The notes under the pieces were generated by a model. The model was not told the origin of the DNA, did not search any database, and was given only the letters and a program-made list of their open reading frames with translations. Below are positions 1-5,731 of a DNA stretch of 14,330 bases, piece by piece. Made by a program: the position numbers and the translations under genes. The stretch's first letter is position 1, and each line of letters starts with the position of its first letter. Source of the stretch: a virus; the UHGV virus genome UHGV-0200011; one strand, written 5' to 3'.

Positions 1-219
1 GTCCTGTATGTCTCAGGCCATGCCATTGCCACCGGTAAGCCTGGTGAAGTGGTGCCGGGTCTGGAAGGGGAGTTCTGCGCCATCCGGGAAAGCACTGCGA
101 AGATGGGCATCCGTCGCATGACCAGTCTCATCGAATACAGCCAGGCATTTGCTGTGCAAAACGGCGTGCAACTCCGTGAAGTTCGCTACTCAGGTGATTA
201 CTTCGGGAGGGTTGCGTAA
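1..219 (+). CDS. 3'-terminal part of a nin-region gene (possibly YbcN/NinB-like by synteny); 5' end lies outside the window
   Basis: Frame 1 is open from position 1 to TAA at 217-219 (translation ...EYSQAFAVQNGVQLREVRYSGDYFGRVA*). The stop overlaps the ATG of the next gene (TAATG). Product is inferred only from the gene order, which matches DLP12-type nin regions. Confidence 0.45.
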   Translation, partial: VLYVSGHAIATGKPGEVVPGLEGEFCAIRESTAKMGIRRMTSLIEYSQAFAVQNGVQLREVRYSGDYFGRVA

Positions 220-389
220 TGGCTAGCCCTCTCGCTCGCATCATCACCAACGAAATCTACCGGGTCCGGACACGCACTAAGCGCAAGCCTGAACTCAAGC
301 CATCCGAAATCCCATCACTGCTCGGCTACACCGCGCGACTGACCCAGGTGAAATGGGATCGCCTGAAAGCGCGGAGGTCACATGGCTAA
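219..389 (+). CDS. ninE: NinE-like small basic protein (56 aa)
   Basis: ATG 219 to TAA 387-389, translated by hand: [56 protein letters not shown]. Not in the ORF track because it is under 60 aa. Basic KRK-rich composition and position upstream of ybcO/rusA resemble lambdoid NinE as I recall it. Confidence 0.55.
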   Translation: MASPLARIITNEIYRVRTRTKRKPELKPSEIPSLLGYTARLTQVKWDRLKARRSHG

Positions 390-672
390 TTTATGCAAAG
401 CGGCACGCGGCCGCGATTGTCAGGTTCGAATTCCCGGCGTCTGCAACGGTAACCCGGAAACGTCTGTACTGGCGCACATTCGCCTGGCCGGGTTATGTGG
501 CACCGGAATCAAACCGCCTGATCTGATTGCCACCATTGCATGCTCTGCCTGTCACGACGAGATCGACCGCCGTACACATTTTGTCGATGCTGAGTATGCT
601 AAAGAATGCGCGCTGGAAGGTATGGCGAGAACGCAGGTTATCTGGCTGAAAGAGGGGGTAATCAAGGCGTGA
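382..672 (+). CDS. ybcO: YbcO-like (DUF1364) putative nuclease
   Basis: 96-aa [26 protein letters not shown]...[10 protein letters not shown] with a Cys/His cluster, closely resembling DLP12 YbcO as recalled. GGAGG precedes the ATG; start overlaps the ninE-like stop. Confidence 0.8.
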   Translation: MANLCKAARGRDCQVRIPGVCNGNPETSVLAHIRLAGLCGTGIKPPDLIATIACSACHDEIDRRTHFVDAEYAKECALEGMARTQVIWLKEGVIKA

Positions 673-1031
673 ATACTTACAACATCACATTGCCCTGGCC
701 GCCGAGCAATAACCGCTACTACCGCCATAATCGCGGGCGCACGCACATCAGCGCAGAAGGGCAGGCATACCGCGATAACGTCGCCCGAATCATTAAAAAC
801 GCAATGCTGGATATCGGTCTGGCTATGCCTGTGAAAATCCGCATTGAGTGCCACATGCCGGATCGCCGTCGCCGTGACCTGGATAATCTGCAAAAGGCCG
901 CTTTTGACGCACTCACCAAAGCAGGTTTCTGGCTGGACGATGCTCAGGTCGTTGATTATCGCGTTGTGAAGATGCCCGTTACCAAAGGTGGAAAGCTGGA
1001 ACTGACAATCACCGGGCTGGAGGCCGTATGA
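669..1031 (+). CDS. rusA: RusA Holliday-junction resolvase
   Basis: Translation from GTG 669 gives (M)[107 protein letters not shown]..., near-identical to E. coli RusA as recalled. The ORF-track start at 606 lies inside ybcO; GTG 669 overlaps the ybcO stop (GTGA) with AGAGGGGG upstream. Confidence 0.9.
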   Translation: MNTYNITLPWPPSNNRYYRHNRGRTHISAEGQAYRDNVARIIKNAMLDIGLAMPVKIRIECHMPDRRRRDLDNLQKAAFDALTKAGFWLDDAQVVDYRVVKMPVTKGGKLELTITGLEAV

Positions 1032-1165
1032 CATTTGAATCCTGTTTTTCCGATCACCTCCGCGTTCGCTGGCAGCGGCTTCGCTTATACCACTTTCCCG
1101 GCTCTGTGCTGACGGATTACCGAATACTGAAGAACTACATCAAAACCATAGGCGGTGCAGTATGA
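1028..1165 (+). CDS. ylcG: YlcG-like small protein (45 aa)
   Basis: ATG 1028 overlaps the rusA stop (ATGA) and TGA 1163-1165 overlaps the Q start (ATGA). Hand translation [45 protein letters not shown]. Position between rusA and Q matches DLP12 ylcG. Confidence 0.5.
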   Translation: MTFESCFSDHLRVRWQRLRLYHFPGSVLTDYRILKNYIKTIGGAV

Positions 1166-1851
1166 ATACTCAATTTCTCGAATACGTGCGCCAGCAGTTG
1201 ATGGTGGCCACCGCCGATTTAAGTGGTGCGACGAAAGGGCAGTTGATGGCGTGGCTTGAAAACGCGCAGTTCGATACGGGAACGTTTAAACGTAAAAAGC
1301 CTCGAGTGCTGGATGAAGTGACCGGGGAAATGATTACGCTGGATAACCCGCCAATACCGGGCAAGCAGTCGCATGCCAAGGGTTCGCATATTCCCCTGGT
1401 GCAGCCGGTTGAATACTCCAGCGCATCGTGGCGCCGCGCACTGATGTCACTCGAAGAACACCAGAAAGCGTGGCTGCTATGGAACTATAGCGAGAACGTG
1501 CGCTGGTGCTATCAGGTGGAAATCACTCAATGGGCGTGGGCAGAGTTCCGGGAGCAGCTCGGCGCGAAGAAGGTGGCCGGCAAAACGATGGAGCGCCTGA
1601 AGAAGCTTGTCTGGCTCGCGGCTCAGGACGTGAAAGCAGAGCTGGCAGGGCGTGAGACGTACGAATATCAGGCGCTGGCGTCGCTGGTTGGCGTAACGCC
1701 AAAAAACTGGTCAGAGACCTTTACTGACCGCTGGGTTGAGATGCGCAGCATCTTCCTGCGACTGGATAGCGGGGCTTTATTGCAGGTTACGCGATCACGT
1801 TCACAACAAAAGGCGACAAATTTAGACTCAAGTCTTGCAAAACTGGATTGA
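1162..1851 (+). CDS. Late-gene antitermination protein Q (non-lambda Q family, QuuQ/82-like)
   Basis: 229-aa ORF immediately downstream of rusA/ylcG and immediately upstream of a promoter-terminator pair, the canonical position of lambdoid Q. Family assignment is from recollection and synteny, not alignment. Confidence 0.7.
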   Translation: MNTQFLEYVRQQLMVATADLSGATKGQLMAWLENAQFDTGTFKRKKPRVLDEVTGEMITLDNPPIPGKQSHAKGSHIPLVQPVEYSSASWRRALMSLEEHQKAWLLWNYSENVRWCYQVEITQWAWAEFREQLGAKKVAGKTMERLKKLVWLAAQDVKAELAGRETYEYQALASLVGVTPKNWSETFTDRWVEMRSIFLRLDSGALLQVTRSRSQQKATNLDSSLAKLD

Positions 1852-1863
1852 AACGCATATATT
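1835..1863 (+). promoter_or_regulatory. pR'-like late promoter (sigma70 -35 TTGCAA, 17-bp spacer, -10 TATATT)
   Basis: TTGCAA at 1835-1840 and TATATT at 1858-1863 with an exact 17-bp spacer, overlapping the 3' end of Q and about 55 bp upstream of a strong intrinsic terminator. Confidence 0.45.
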
Positions 1864-1917
1864 TCATGTAAATCTGATATCGTCGCCATAGCTTCGTAGG
1901 TCGACAAAGAATTAAGA

Positions 1918-1942
1918 GCCTCGCCATCGTGCGGGGCTTTTT
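1918..1942 (+). terminator. tR'-like intrinsic terminator
   Basis: Hairpin GCCTCGC-catcgt-GCGGGGC (7 bp including one G.U) followed by TTTTT. Confidence 0.6.
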
Positions 1943-1949
1943 CATTTCA

Positions 1950-2024
1950 GGGTCAGAAGCACAGCGGTTGTGCGTTCGGCTGTTAACCGAATGGTCGAAG
2001 GTTCGAATCCTTCCTGTCCCGCCA
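1950..2024 (+). tRNA. tRNA-like gene, anticodon GUU (Asn), non-canonical
   Basis: Hand-folded cloverleaf: acceptor GGGTCAG / CTGTCCC (one T-T mismatch), D-stem GCAC/GTGC, anticodon stem TTCGG/CCGAA with loop CTGTTAA, variable loop TGGTC, T-arm GAAGG-TTCGAAT-CCTTC, discriminator G and encoded CCA. Positions 8-9 are AA rather than U8. Confidence 0.5.
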
Positions 2025-2029
2025 AATTC

Positions 2030-2056
2030 GCCGGTCTAGTTCAGTGGCAGAGGTGG
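2030..2056 (+). pseudogene. tRNA 5'-fragment-like sequence (acceptor 5' strand + D-arm)
   Basis: GCCGGTC-TA-GTTCAGTGGCAGAGG resembles the canonical tRNA 5' region (U8 A9 and a D-arm with AGTGG loop) but no matching anticodon/T-arm follows; the HNH ORF begins at 2060. Confidence 0.25.
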
Positions 2057-2059
2057 TAA

Positions 2060-2485
2060 ATGCCGAGCAAAGATTACTATCTTAATCGAAGGGCTAGGCT
2101 TGCTAAGGCCGTGGAAAAGTTGGGTGGTCGTTGCGCGAGTTGCGGATCCGAATATTCGCTTCAGTTTGACCGCATAGACCCTTCCACCAAATCAGCAAAT
2201 GTAAGCGAGATGCACTATCACTCAGATTCGGTGTTTTATGCTGAGGTTGAAAAGTGCCAACTACTATGTTCTGCATGCCACATTCAGAAAACCAAATTTG
2301 ACCTTAGCTACTTAGTAGCTGGTGAGCTGAATGGTATGAGCAAGCTAACAATGGACAGCGTCCAGTTCATCAGAGAAAACTACATTCCACGACATAAGGT
2401 TTATGGAGCCAGAGGGCTAGGGAGAATGTTTGGTGTAACACATCAAACAGTGCTTTCAGCCTTAAATGGCGAAACCTGGAAATAA
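2060..2485 (+). CDS. HNH-family (homing) endonuclease-like protein with C-terminal NUMOD-like helix-turn-helix
   Basis: 141-aa ORF with CxxC (C25/C28), a FDRIDP segment, CSACH (C70/C73/H74) and a C-terminal GLGRMFGVTHQTVLSALNG motif typical of phage homing-endonuclease DNA-binding modules. Visibly more AT-rich than flanking phage genes; AGAGGTGG precedes the ATG. Confidence 0.7.
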   Translation: MPSKDYYLNRRARLAKAVEKLGGRCASCGSEYSLQFDRIDPSTKSANVSEMHYHSDSVFYAEVEKCQLLCSACHIQKTKFDLSYLVAGELNGMSKLTMDSVQFIRENYIPRHKVYGARGLGRMFGVTHQTVLSALNGETWK

Positions 2486-2486
2486 G

Positions 2487-2523
2487 CTGCGCGTCAGAGG
2501 TTCGATTCCTTTGCCCGCTCCAG
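2487..2523 (+). pseudogene. tRNA 3'-fragment-like sequence (T-arm + acceptor 3' strand)
   Basis: AGAGG-TTCGATT-CCTTT T-arm followed by GCCCGCT and CCAG, directly after the HNH stop; no complementary 5' acceptor strand is found nearby. Confidence 0.35.
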
Positions 2524-2902
2524 TAAAAGCTTTCCAGTCTGCGATGATGGGTTCCCCGGAGTGACTGGAAAGCGACCTGGTTTTGAATGGGCGCTGCTTT
2601 TTGCAAAATTGCTGTGTGAAAATACTGACCTTTGGGTTCAGCGCTCATCCAAAAGCATCACGTGAATTCACCAACGCTCATGTACTCTCCAGGAAACAAT
2701 AAGTGATTCTGAAAAGTTCCGGTTAGATATTGCCCCGGTCACCGGATGATTTTATCTTTTGGTTCGTGGTGAATCCCCCTATGCGGCGGGGCGTCCAGTC
2801 AAACTTTTTTGTCCAGGTTTGTTTGCGCGGAACTAGTCGGCTGGGGCTGTTCCACCGGGAGGCACCCGGCGCCACCTCCTTGACGGTATTGTTATTTTTC
2901 AT

Positions 2903-2929
2903 GCCTGTTCGTCCGAGCAGGCTTTTTTT
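2903..2929 (+). terminator. Strong intrinsic terminator
   Basis: GCCTGTTC-gtcc-GAGCAGGC (8-bp stem, one G.U) followed by seven T residues (2923-2929). Confidence 0.6.
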
Positions 2930-2960
2930 GCCCGCATTATCTTCATTGAAAACTGGCAAC

Positions 2961-3131
2961 TCAGAGAATCATCCAAATTAAAAAAGCAGCAACGAGAGCG
3001 ATTACTAATACATTCTTCGCTTTTTCTCTTCTGCTGGCCTTCACAAAAGGATTCACTATCCGGCAGTGGCTACACACAAGTGATTCTGGGTTAATTAACT
3101 TTCCGCAGTAGGGGCAGGGCTTGATAATCAT
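2961..3131 (-). CDS. Small zinc-ribbon protein with C-terminal transmembrane helix (56 aa)
   Basis: Hand translation of the minus strand: MIIKPCPYCGKLINPESLVCSHCRIVNPFVKASRREKAKNVLVIALVAAFLIWMIL. CPYC-x10-CSHC zinc-ribbon spacing, basic linker, then a 16-residue hydrophobic tail. Not in the ORF track (under 60 aa). No clear Shine-Dalgarno upstream, which lowers confidence. Confidence 0.35.
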   Translation of the reverse strand: MIIKPCPYCGKLINPESLVCSHCRIVNPFVKASRREKAKNVLVIALVAAFLIWMIL

Positions 3132-3338
3132 TGGTACTAATTAAGTTGTGAGAACGTAGTCTCATTTAACCACATTTATCGAGTTGTTTTACTAATGGTC
3201 TAGTTATTTCAGACATATTCATCAATTTCAGGCTCACGGGAATCATCCGCTACGTGCTTTGTTGATAAATCCAGCCCGTGAAGCCTGACCCTTTTCAAAC
3301 ACACACACAGCGCCATCCGAAAAATCGGAGGTGAGGCT

Positions 3339-3617
3339 ATGACCAGAATGAGCACCATTTACAGCAGACTTTCATATGGAACAGGCACCACGCTGACCGG
3401 CTGCGGTGTATCAGCGAAGGCATATGCCGAAACAGCAAAAACAGCAAAAGAGGTGTCCTGGATGTTGGCCGACAGAATTGCAGGGTTAAGCCTGAGCGAC
3501 TGGGCAATTATTGTCGGTATCGCATGCACGGTAATCACCTGTGCAGTGAACTGGTATTTCCGCTGGAAAGAACGGGAGGATCGGCGCAATGGCTATGTCT
3601 CTAAAGCTGAAGAATAA
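3339..3617 (+). CDS. Holin, P21 S-type pinholin-like, with dual-start motif
   Basis: 92-aa ORF with a Gly/Thr/Ala-rich first hydrophobic segment and a second TM segment (WAIIVGIACTVITCAVNWYF) followed by KEREDRR, resembling S21 as recalled. N-terminus MTRM gives two in-frame starts (3339 and 3348) separated by a basic residue. GGAGGTGAGG precedes the ATG. Confidence 0.75.
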   Translation: MTRMSTIYSRLSYGTGTTLTGCGVSAKAYAETAKTAKEVSWMLADRIAGLSLSDWAIIVGIACTVITCAVNWYFRWKEREDRRNGYVSKAEE

Positions 3618-4137
3618 ATTGAGCGCAGCGGTCGTTGGTTTGATTCTTGCCGGGGCTTCCGCACCCGTGATTCTCGATCAGTTTCTGGATGAGAAAGAGG
3701 GTAACAGCTTGACAGCATATCGCGACGGCGGCGGACTCTGGACCATTTGCCGTGGTGCAACAATGGTTGATGGCAAGCCAGTAGTACAGGGCATGAAGCT
3801 GTCAGCTGAGAAATGCGCCCAGGTAAACGCCATTGAACGCGACAAGGCGCTGGCGTGGGTTGACCGAAATATCAAAGTACCACTGACCGAACCACAGAAA
3901 GCGGGTATCGCTTCTTTCTGCCCATATAACATCGGCCCCGGAAAATGTTTCCCGTCTACGTTCTATAAGCGAATTAATGCTGGCGATACGAAAGGAGCCT
4001 GTGAAGCTATCCGCTGGTGGATTAAAGACGGTGGCCGCGATTGCCGCCTGACCAAGGGCCAGAAGGATGGATGTTATGGGCAGGTAGAACGGCGGGACCA
4101 GGAAAGCGCACTGACGTGCTGGGGGATAGACCAGTGA
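3589..4137 (+). CDS. SAR endolysin (T4-lysozyme-like, GH24 muramidase)
   Basis: N-terminal signal-anchor-release type segment (LSAAVVGLILAGASAPVIL) then E-x8-D-x5-T catalytic spacing (EGNSLTAYRDGGGLWT), resembling P21 R21 as recalled. Start overlaps the holin 3' end. Confidence 0.85.
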   Translation: MAMSLKLKNKLSAAVVGLILAGASAPVILDQFLDEKEGNSLTAYRDGGGLWTICRGATMVDGKPVVQGMKLSAEKCAQVNAIERDKALAWVDRNIKVPLTEPQKAGIASFCPYNIGPGKCFPSTFYKRINAGDTKGACEAIRWWIKDGGRDCRLTKGQKDGCYGQVERRDQESALTCWGIDQ

Positions 4138-4637
4138 AGCCGGGTGGCATCTGCATCATTGTGATTGTTGCGTTGGTAGGTTCGTTTCTCGCTGGCAGTG
4201 AGTGGACGAACCGCAGCTGGAAAATAAAGTGGGCTGACCGGGATAGCGCGGAATCTTCACAGGAAGCGAATGCACAGACCGCAGCTCGTATGATTGAACA
4301 AGGGCGAACAATCGCCCGGGATGAGGCCGTTAAAGATGCTCAAGCTCAAGCAGCGAGCGCTGCCGTTACTTCTGCTGGCCTGGCTACCACTGTTAAGCAG
4401 CTGCGCGCCGAAGCAACAAAACTCGCTACCCACATGGACGCCGCAAAGCACACCGCAGATCTCGCCACTTCCGTCAGAAGCAAAACAGCCGGAGCCAACG
4501 CAGCAATGCTTGCCGACATGCTCGGAAGCCTTGCAGAAGCAGCTCGATATTATGCTGGACGATCTGACGAAAGCTACCGGGCAGGAATGACGTGTGAGCG
4601 GATTTACGAATCAGTGCGACTGTCGAATAACCAATAG
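4134..4637 (+). CDS. Rz: Rz-like inner-membrane spanin (i-spanin)
   Basis: GTG 4134 overlaps the endolysin stop (GTGA) and is in frame with the 4041..4637 ORF. N-terminal TM helix ICIIVIVALVGSFLAGS followed by an Ala/Gln-rich coiled-coil-like periplasmic domain. The ORF-track start at 4041 lies inside the endolysin gene. Confidence 0.7.
   Translation: MKPGGICIIVIVALVGSFLAGSEWTNRSWKIKWADRDSAESSQEANAQTAARMIEQGRTIARDEAVKDAQAQAASAAVTSAGLATTVKQLRAEATKLATHMDAAKHTADLATSVRSKTAGANAAMLADMLGSLAEAARYYAGRSDESYRAGMTCERIYESVRLSNNQ
4336..4590 (+). CDS. Rz1: Rz1-like outer-membrane lipoprotein spanin (o-spanin), embedded in Rz in the +1 frame
   Basis: Signal peptide with lipobox LLSSC, then a proline-rich mature region, wholly inside Rz in another frame. 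Start chosen at MLKLKQ (4336); in-frame alternatives exist at 4294 and 4321. Confidence 0.65.
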   Translation: MLKLKQRALPLLLLAWLPLLSSCAPKQQNSLPTWTPQSTPQISPLPSEAKQPEPTQQCLPTCSEALQKQLDIMLDDLTKATGQE

Positions 4638-4809
4638 GCGATTCATGCTGCTAGTTTTCGTCCTCTTGTCGATATGGCTCTGTCGGCAACATGAGGAACG
4701 CCGCTGGCCTTCGGTCGGCTTTAATGTCTCATCGCTGATGCTCATCACCGAGCAACCGGCACGCAGTAAGGGGCTGCGCTGAGATAAGAGCCGAGAATTC
4801 AATCAAATC

Positions 4810-4832
4810 GCCTCGCACTCGCGGGGCTTTTT
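4810..4832 (+). terminator. Intrinsic terminator downstream of the lysis cassette
   Basis: GCCTCGC-actc-GCGGGGC followed by TTTTT; stem arms identical to the tR'-like terminator at 1918-1942. Confidence 0.55.
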
Positions 4833-4844
4833 AACAACTGAGGA

Positions 4845-5048
4845 ATGAGCATGACAGTAGTTCTTACAGCTAAGCAGATTGAAGACCTGGCAGCCTTCGC
4901 GAAGGAAGATGGCCAGCCTCAATACACCATCACCACCGGCACAATTCCTGAATTTGAAGCTGATAATGGTGAGATTATCCCCGGTTATACCGGACTTATC
5001 GCCTATTCAGAATCACTGGATCACGGTGTGTTGCAACTCGACGACTAG
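4845..5048 (+). CDS. Hypothetical acidic small protein (67 aa)
   Basis: ORF MSMTVVLTAKQIEDLAAFAKEDGQPQYTITTG... with GAGGA upstream; the alternative start at 4851 has better spacing. No family recognised. Confidence 0.5.
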   Translation: MSMTVVLTAKQIEDLAAFAKEDGQPQYTITTGTIPEFEADNGEIIPGYTGLIAYSESLDHGVLQLDD

Positions 5049-5092
5049 CGGCATTACAGCAGGCATTCACTGAGTGCCTGTGATAATGCAAC

Positions 5093-5111
5093 AGCCCGTA
5101 CAAAACGGGCT
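5093..5111. terminator. Hairpin between convergent genes (possible bidirectional terminator)
   Basis: AGCCCGT-acaaa-ACGGGCT (7-bp stem) between the + strand 67-aa gene and the minus-strand 204-aa gene, which stops at 5117-5119; a second hairpin CAGGCA-ttcactgag-TGCCTG lies at about 5059-5079. Confidence 0.4.
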
Positions 5112-5116
5112 TGGAT

Positions 5117-5731
5117 TTATCTCTTTGTTGCGTTCATGGTCACATGGTAAACGAATTGGCTAAATTGGTTATCCCAGCGCCCATTATGATTAGCTGCAAC
5201 TAATTGCATTAACGCCTGCATTAACTTGCTGAACAGCAAGATTAACTTAAGTCTGTTTTTTGAACTGTCACTATCTAAGGAAACTTCTTCGGTTAATTGA
5301 TTCTCGGCGTTAAAAATACCCAGTTTTGATTCTTCCATGCTGGGTTCCGTTGGATGCTGTTTAAAGTATTCAGTCAGAGTATCCTTCAGGCTCTGGATCC
5401 TTGAATCAGCAATGCTTTGTATTGATGGATTGTGTGCAAGGTCATTACGCATTGAGTTGATGGTTTTAAGTGATTTCATAAGTTCCGGGGGGATTCCCAG
5501 GTTTCCCGCCATGGATATTTTAGTATTACATTCGATTAAAAGTTTGTTTTTATCTCTTCCAAAGAGATCTTGGCAGTCACAGCATGCGCATATCCATGCT
5601 TCGACCATGCGCTCACAAAGTAGGTGAATGCGCAATGTAGTACCCACATCGTCATCGCTTTCCACTGCTCTCGCGAATAAAGATGGAAAATCAATCTCAT
5701 GGTAATAGTCCATGAAAATCCTTGCATTCAT
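5117..5731 (-). CDS. HEPN-like (R-x4-H motif) hypothetical protein; candidate abortive-infection/defence moron
   Basis: 204-aa minus-strand ORF with a strong RBS (GGAGGA 4 nt before the ATG), embedded in an AT-rich island. Contains SMRNDLAHN (R95-x4-H100) resembling the HEPN / Abi-type motif. Opposite orientation to all flanking phage genes. Confidence 0.7.
   Translation of the reverse strand: MNARIFMDYYHEIDFPSLFARAVESDDDVGTTLRIHLLCERMVEAWICACCDCQDLFGRDKNKLLIECNTKISMAGNLGIPPELMKSLKTINSMRNDLAHNPSIQSIADSRIQSLKDTLTEYFKQHPTEPSMEESKLGIFNAENQLTEEVSLDSDSSKNRLKLILLFSKLMQALMQLVAANHNGRWDNQFSQFVYHVTMNATKR

Noticed and set aside
606-668. ORF-track start at 606 for rusA and at 4041 for Rz
   Set aside because: Both upstream extensions lie inside the preceding gene (ybcO, endolysin) in another frame. 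The conserved N-termini begin at GTG 669 and GTG 4134, each overlapping the upstream stop codon.
552-1034. Minus-strand 160-aa ORF antisense to ybcO/rusA
   Set aside because: Fully antisense to two well-supported conserved genes, with no RBS and a Cys/His-rich low-complexity translation.
2060-2523. HNH ORF as the ORF of a group I intron inside a tRNA gene
   Set aside because: Only about 440 bp separate the tRNA-like 5' and 3' fragments and nearly all of it is the HNH ORF, leaving no room for a roughly 250-nt group I catalytic core. The flanking acceptor strands (GCCGGTC versus GCCCGCT) are also not complementary. A free-standing endonuclease insertion is more consistent.
2880-2909. TTGACG at 2880-2885 as a -35 element of a promoter
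   Set aside because: No acceptable -10 hexamer at 16-18 bp spacing; the downstream sequence is the terminator hairpin.
2723-2981. Overlapping ORFs 2730..2981 (+, 83 aa) and 2723..2959 (-, 78 aa)
   Set aside because: They overlap each other and the strong terminator hairpin at 2903-2929, lack convincing RBSs and have low-complexity Arg/Pro-rich translations typical of GC-rich non-coding sequence.
2486-3338. Shiga-toxin-like (stx A/B) or other toxin genes in the Q-to-S slot
   Set aside because: This is the classical stx position, but there is no ORF pair of about 315 aa plus 89 aa with signal peptides; only short overlapping ORFs and a GC-rich structured segment are present.
4611-4802. Minus-strand 63-aa ORF as a bor-like lipoprotein gene
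   Set aside because: Lambda carries bor on the opposite strand at this relative position, but this translation has no signal peptide or lipobox and is Arg/Ser-rich low complexity.
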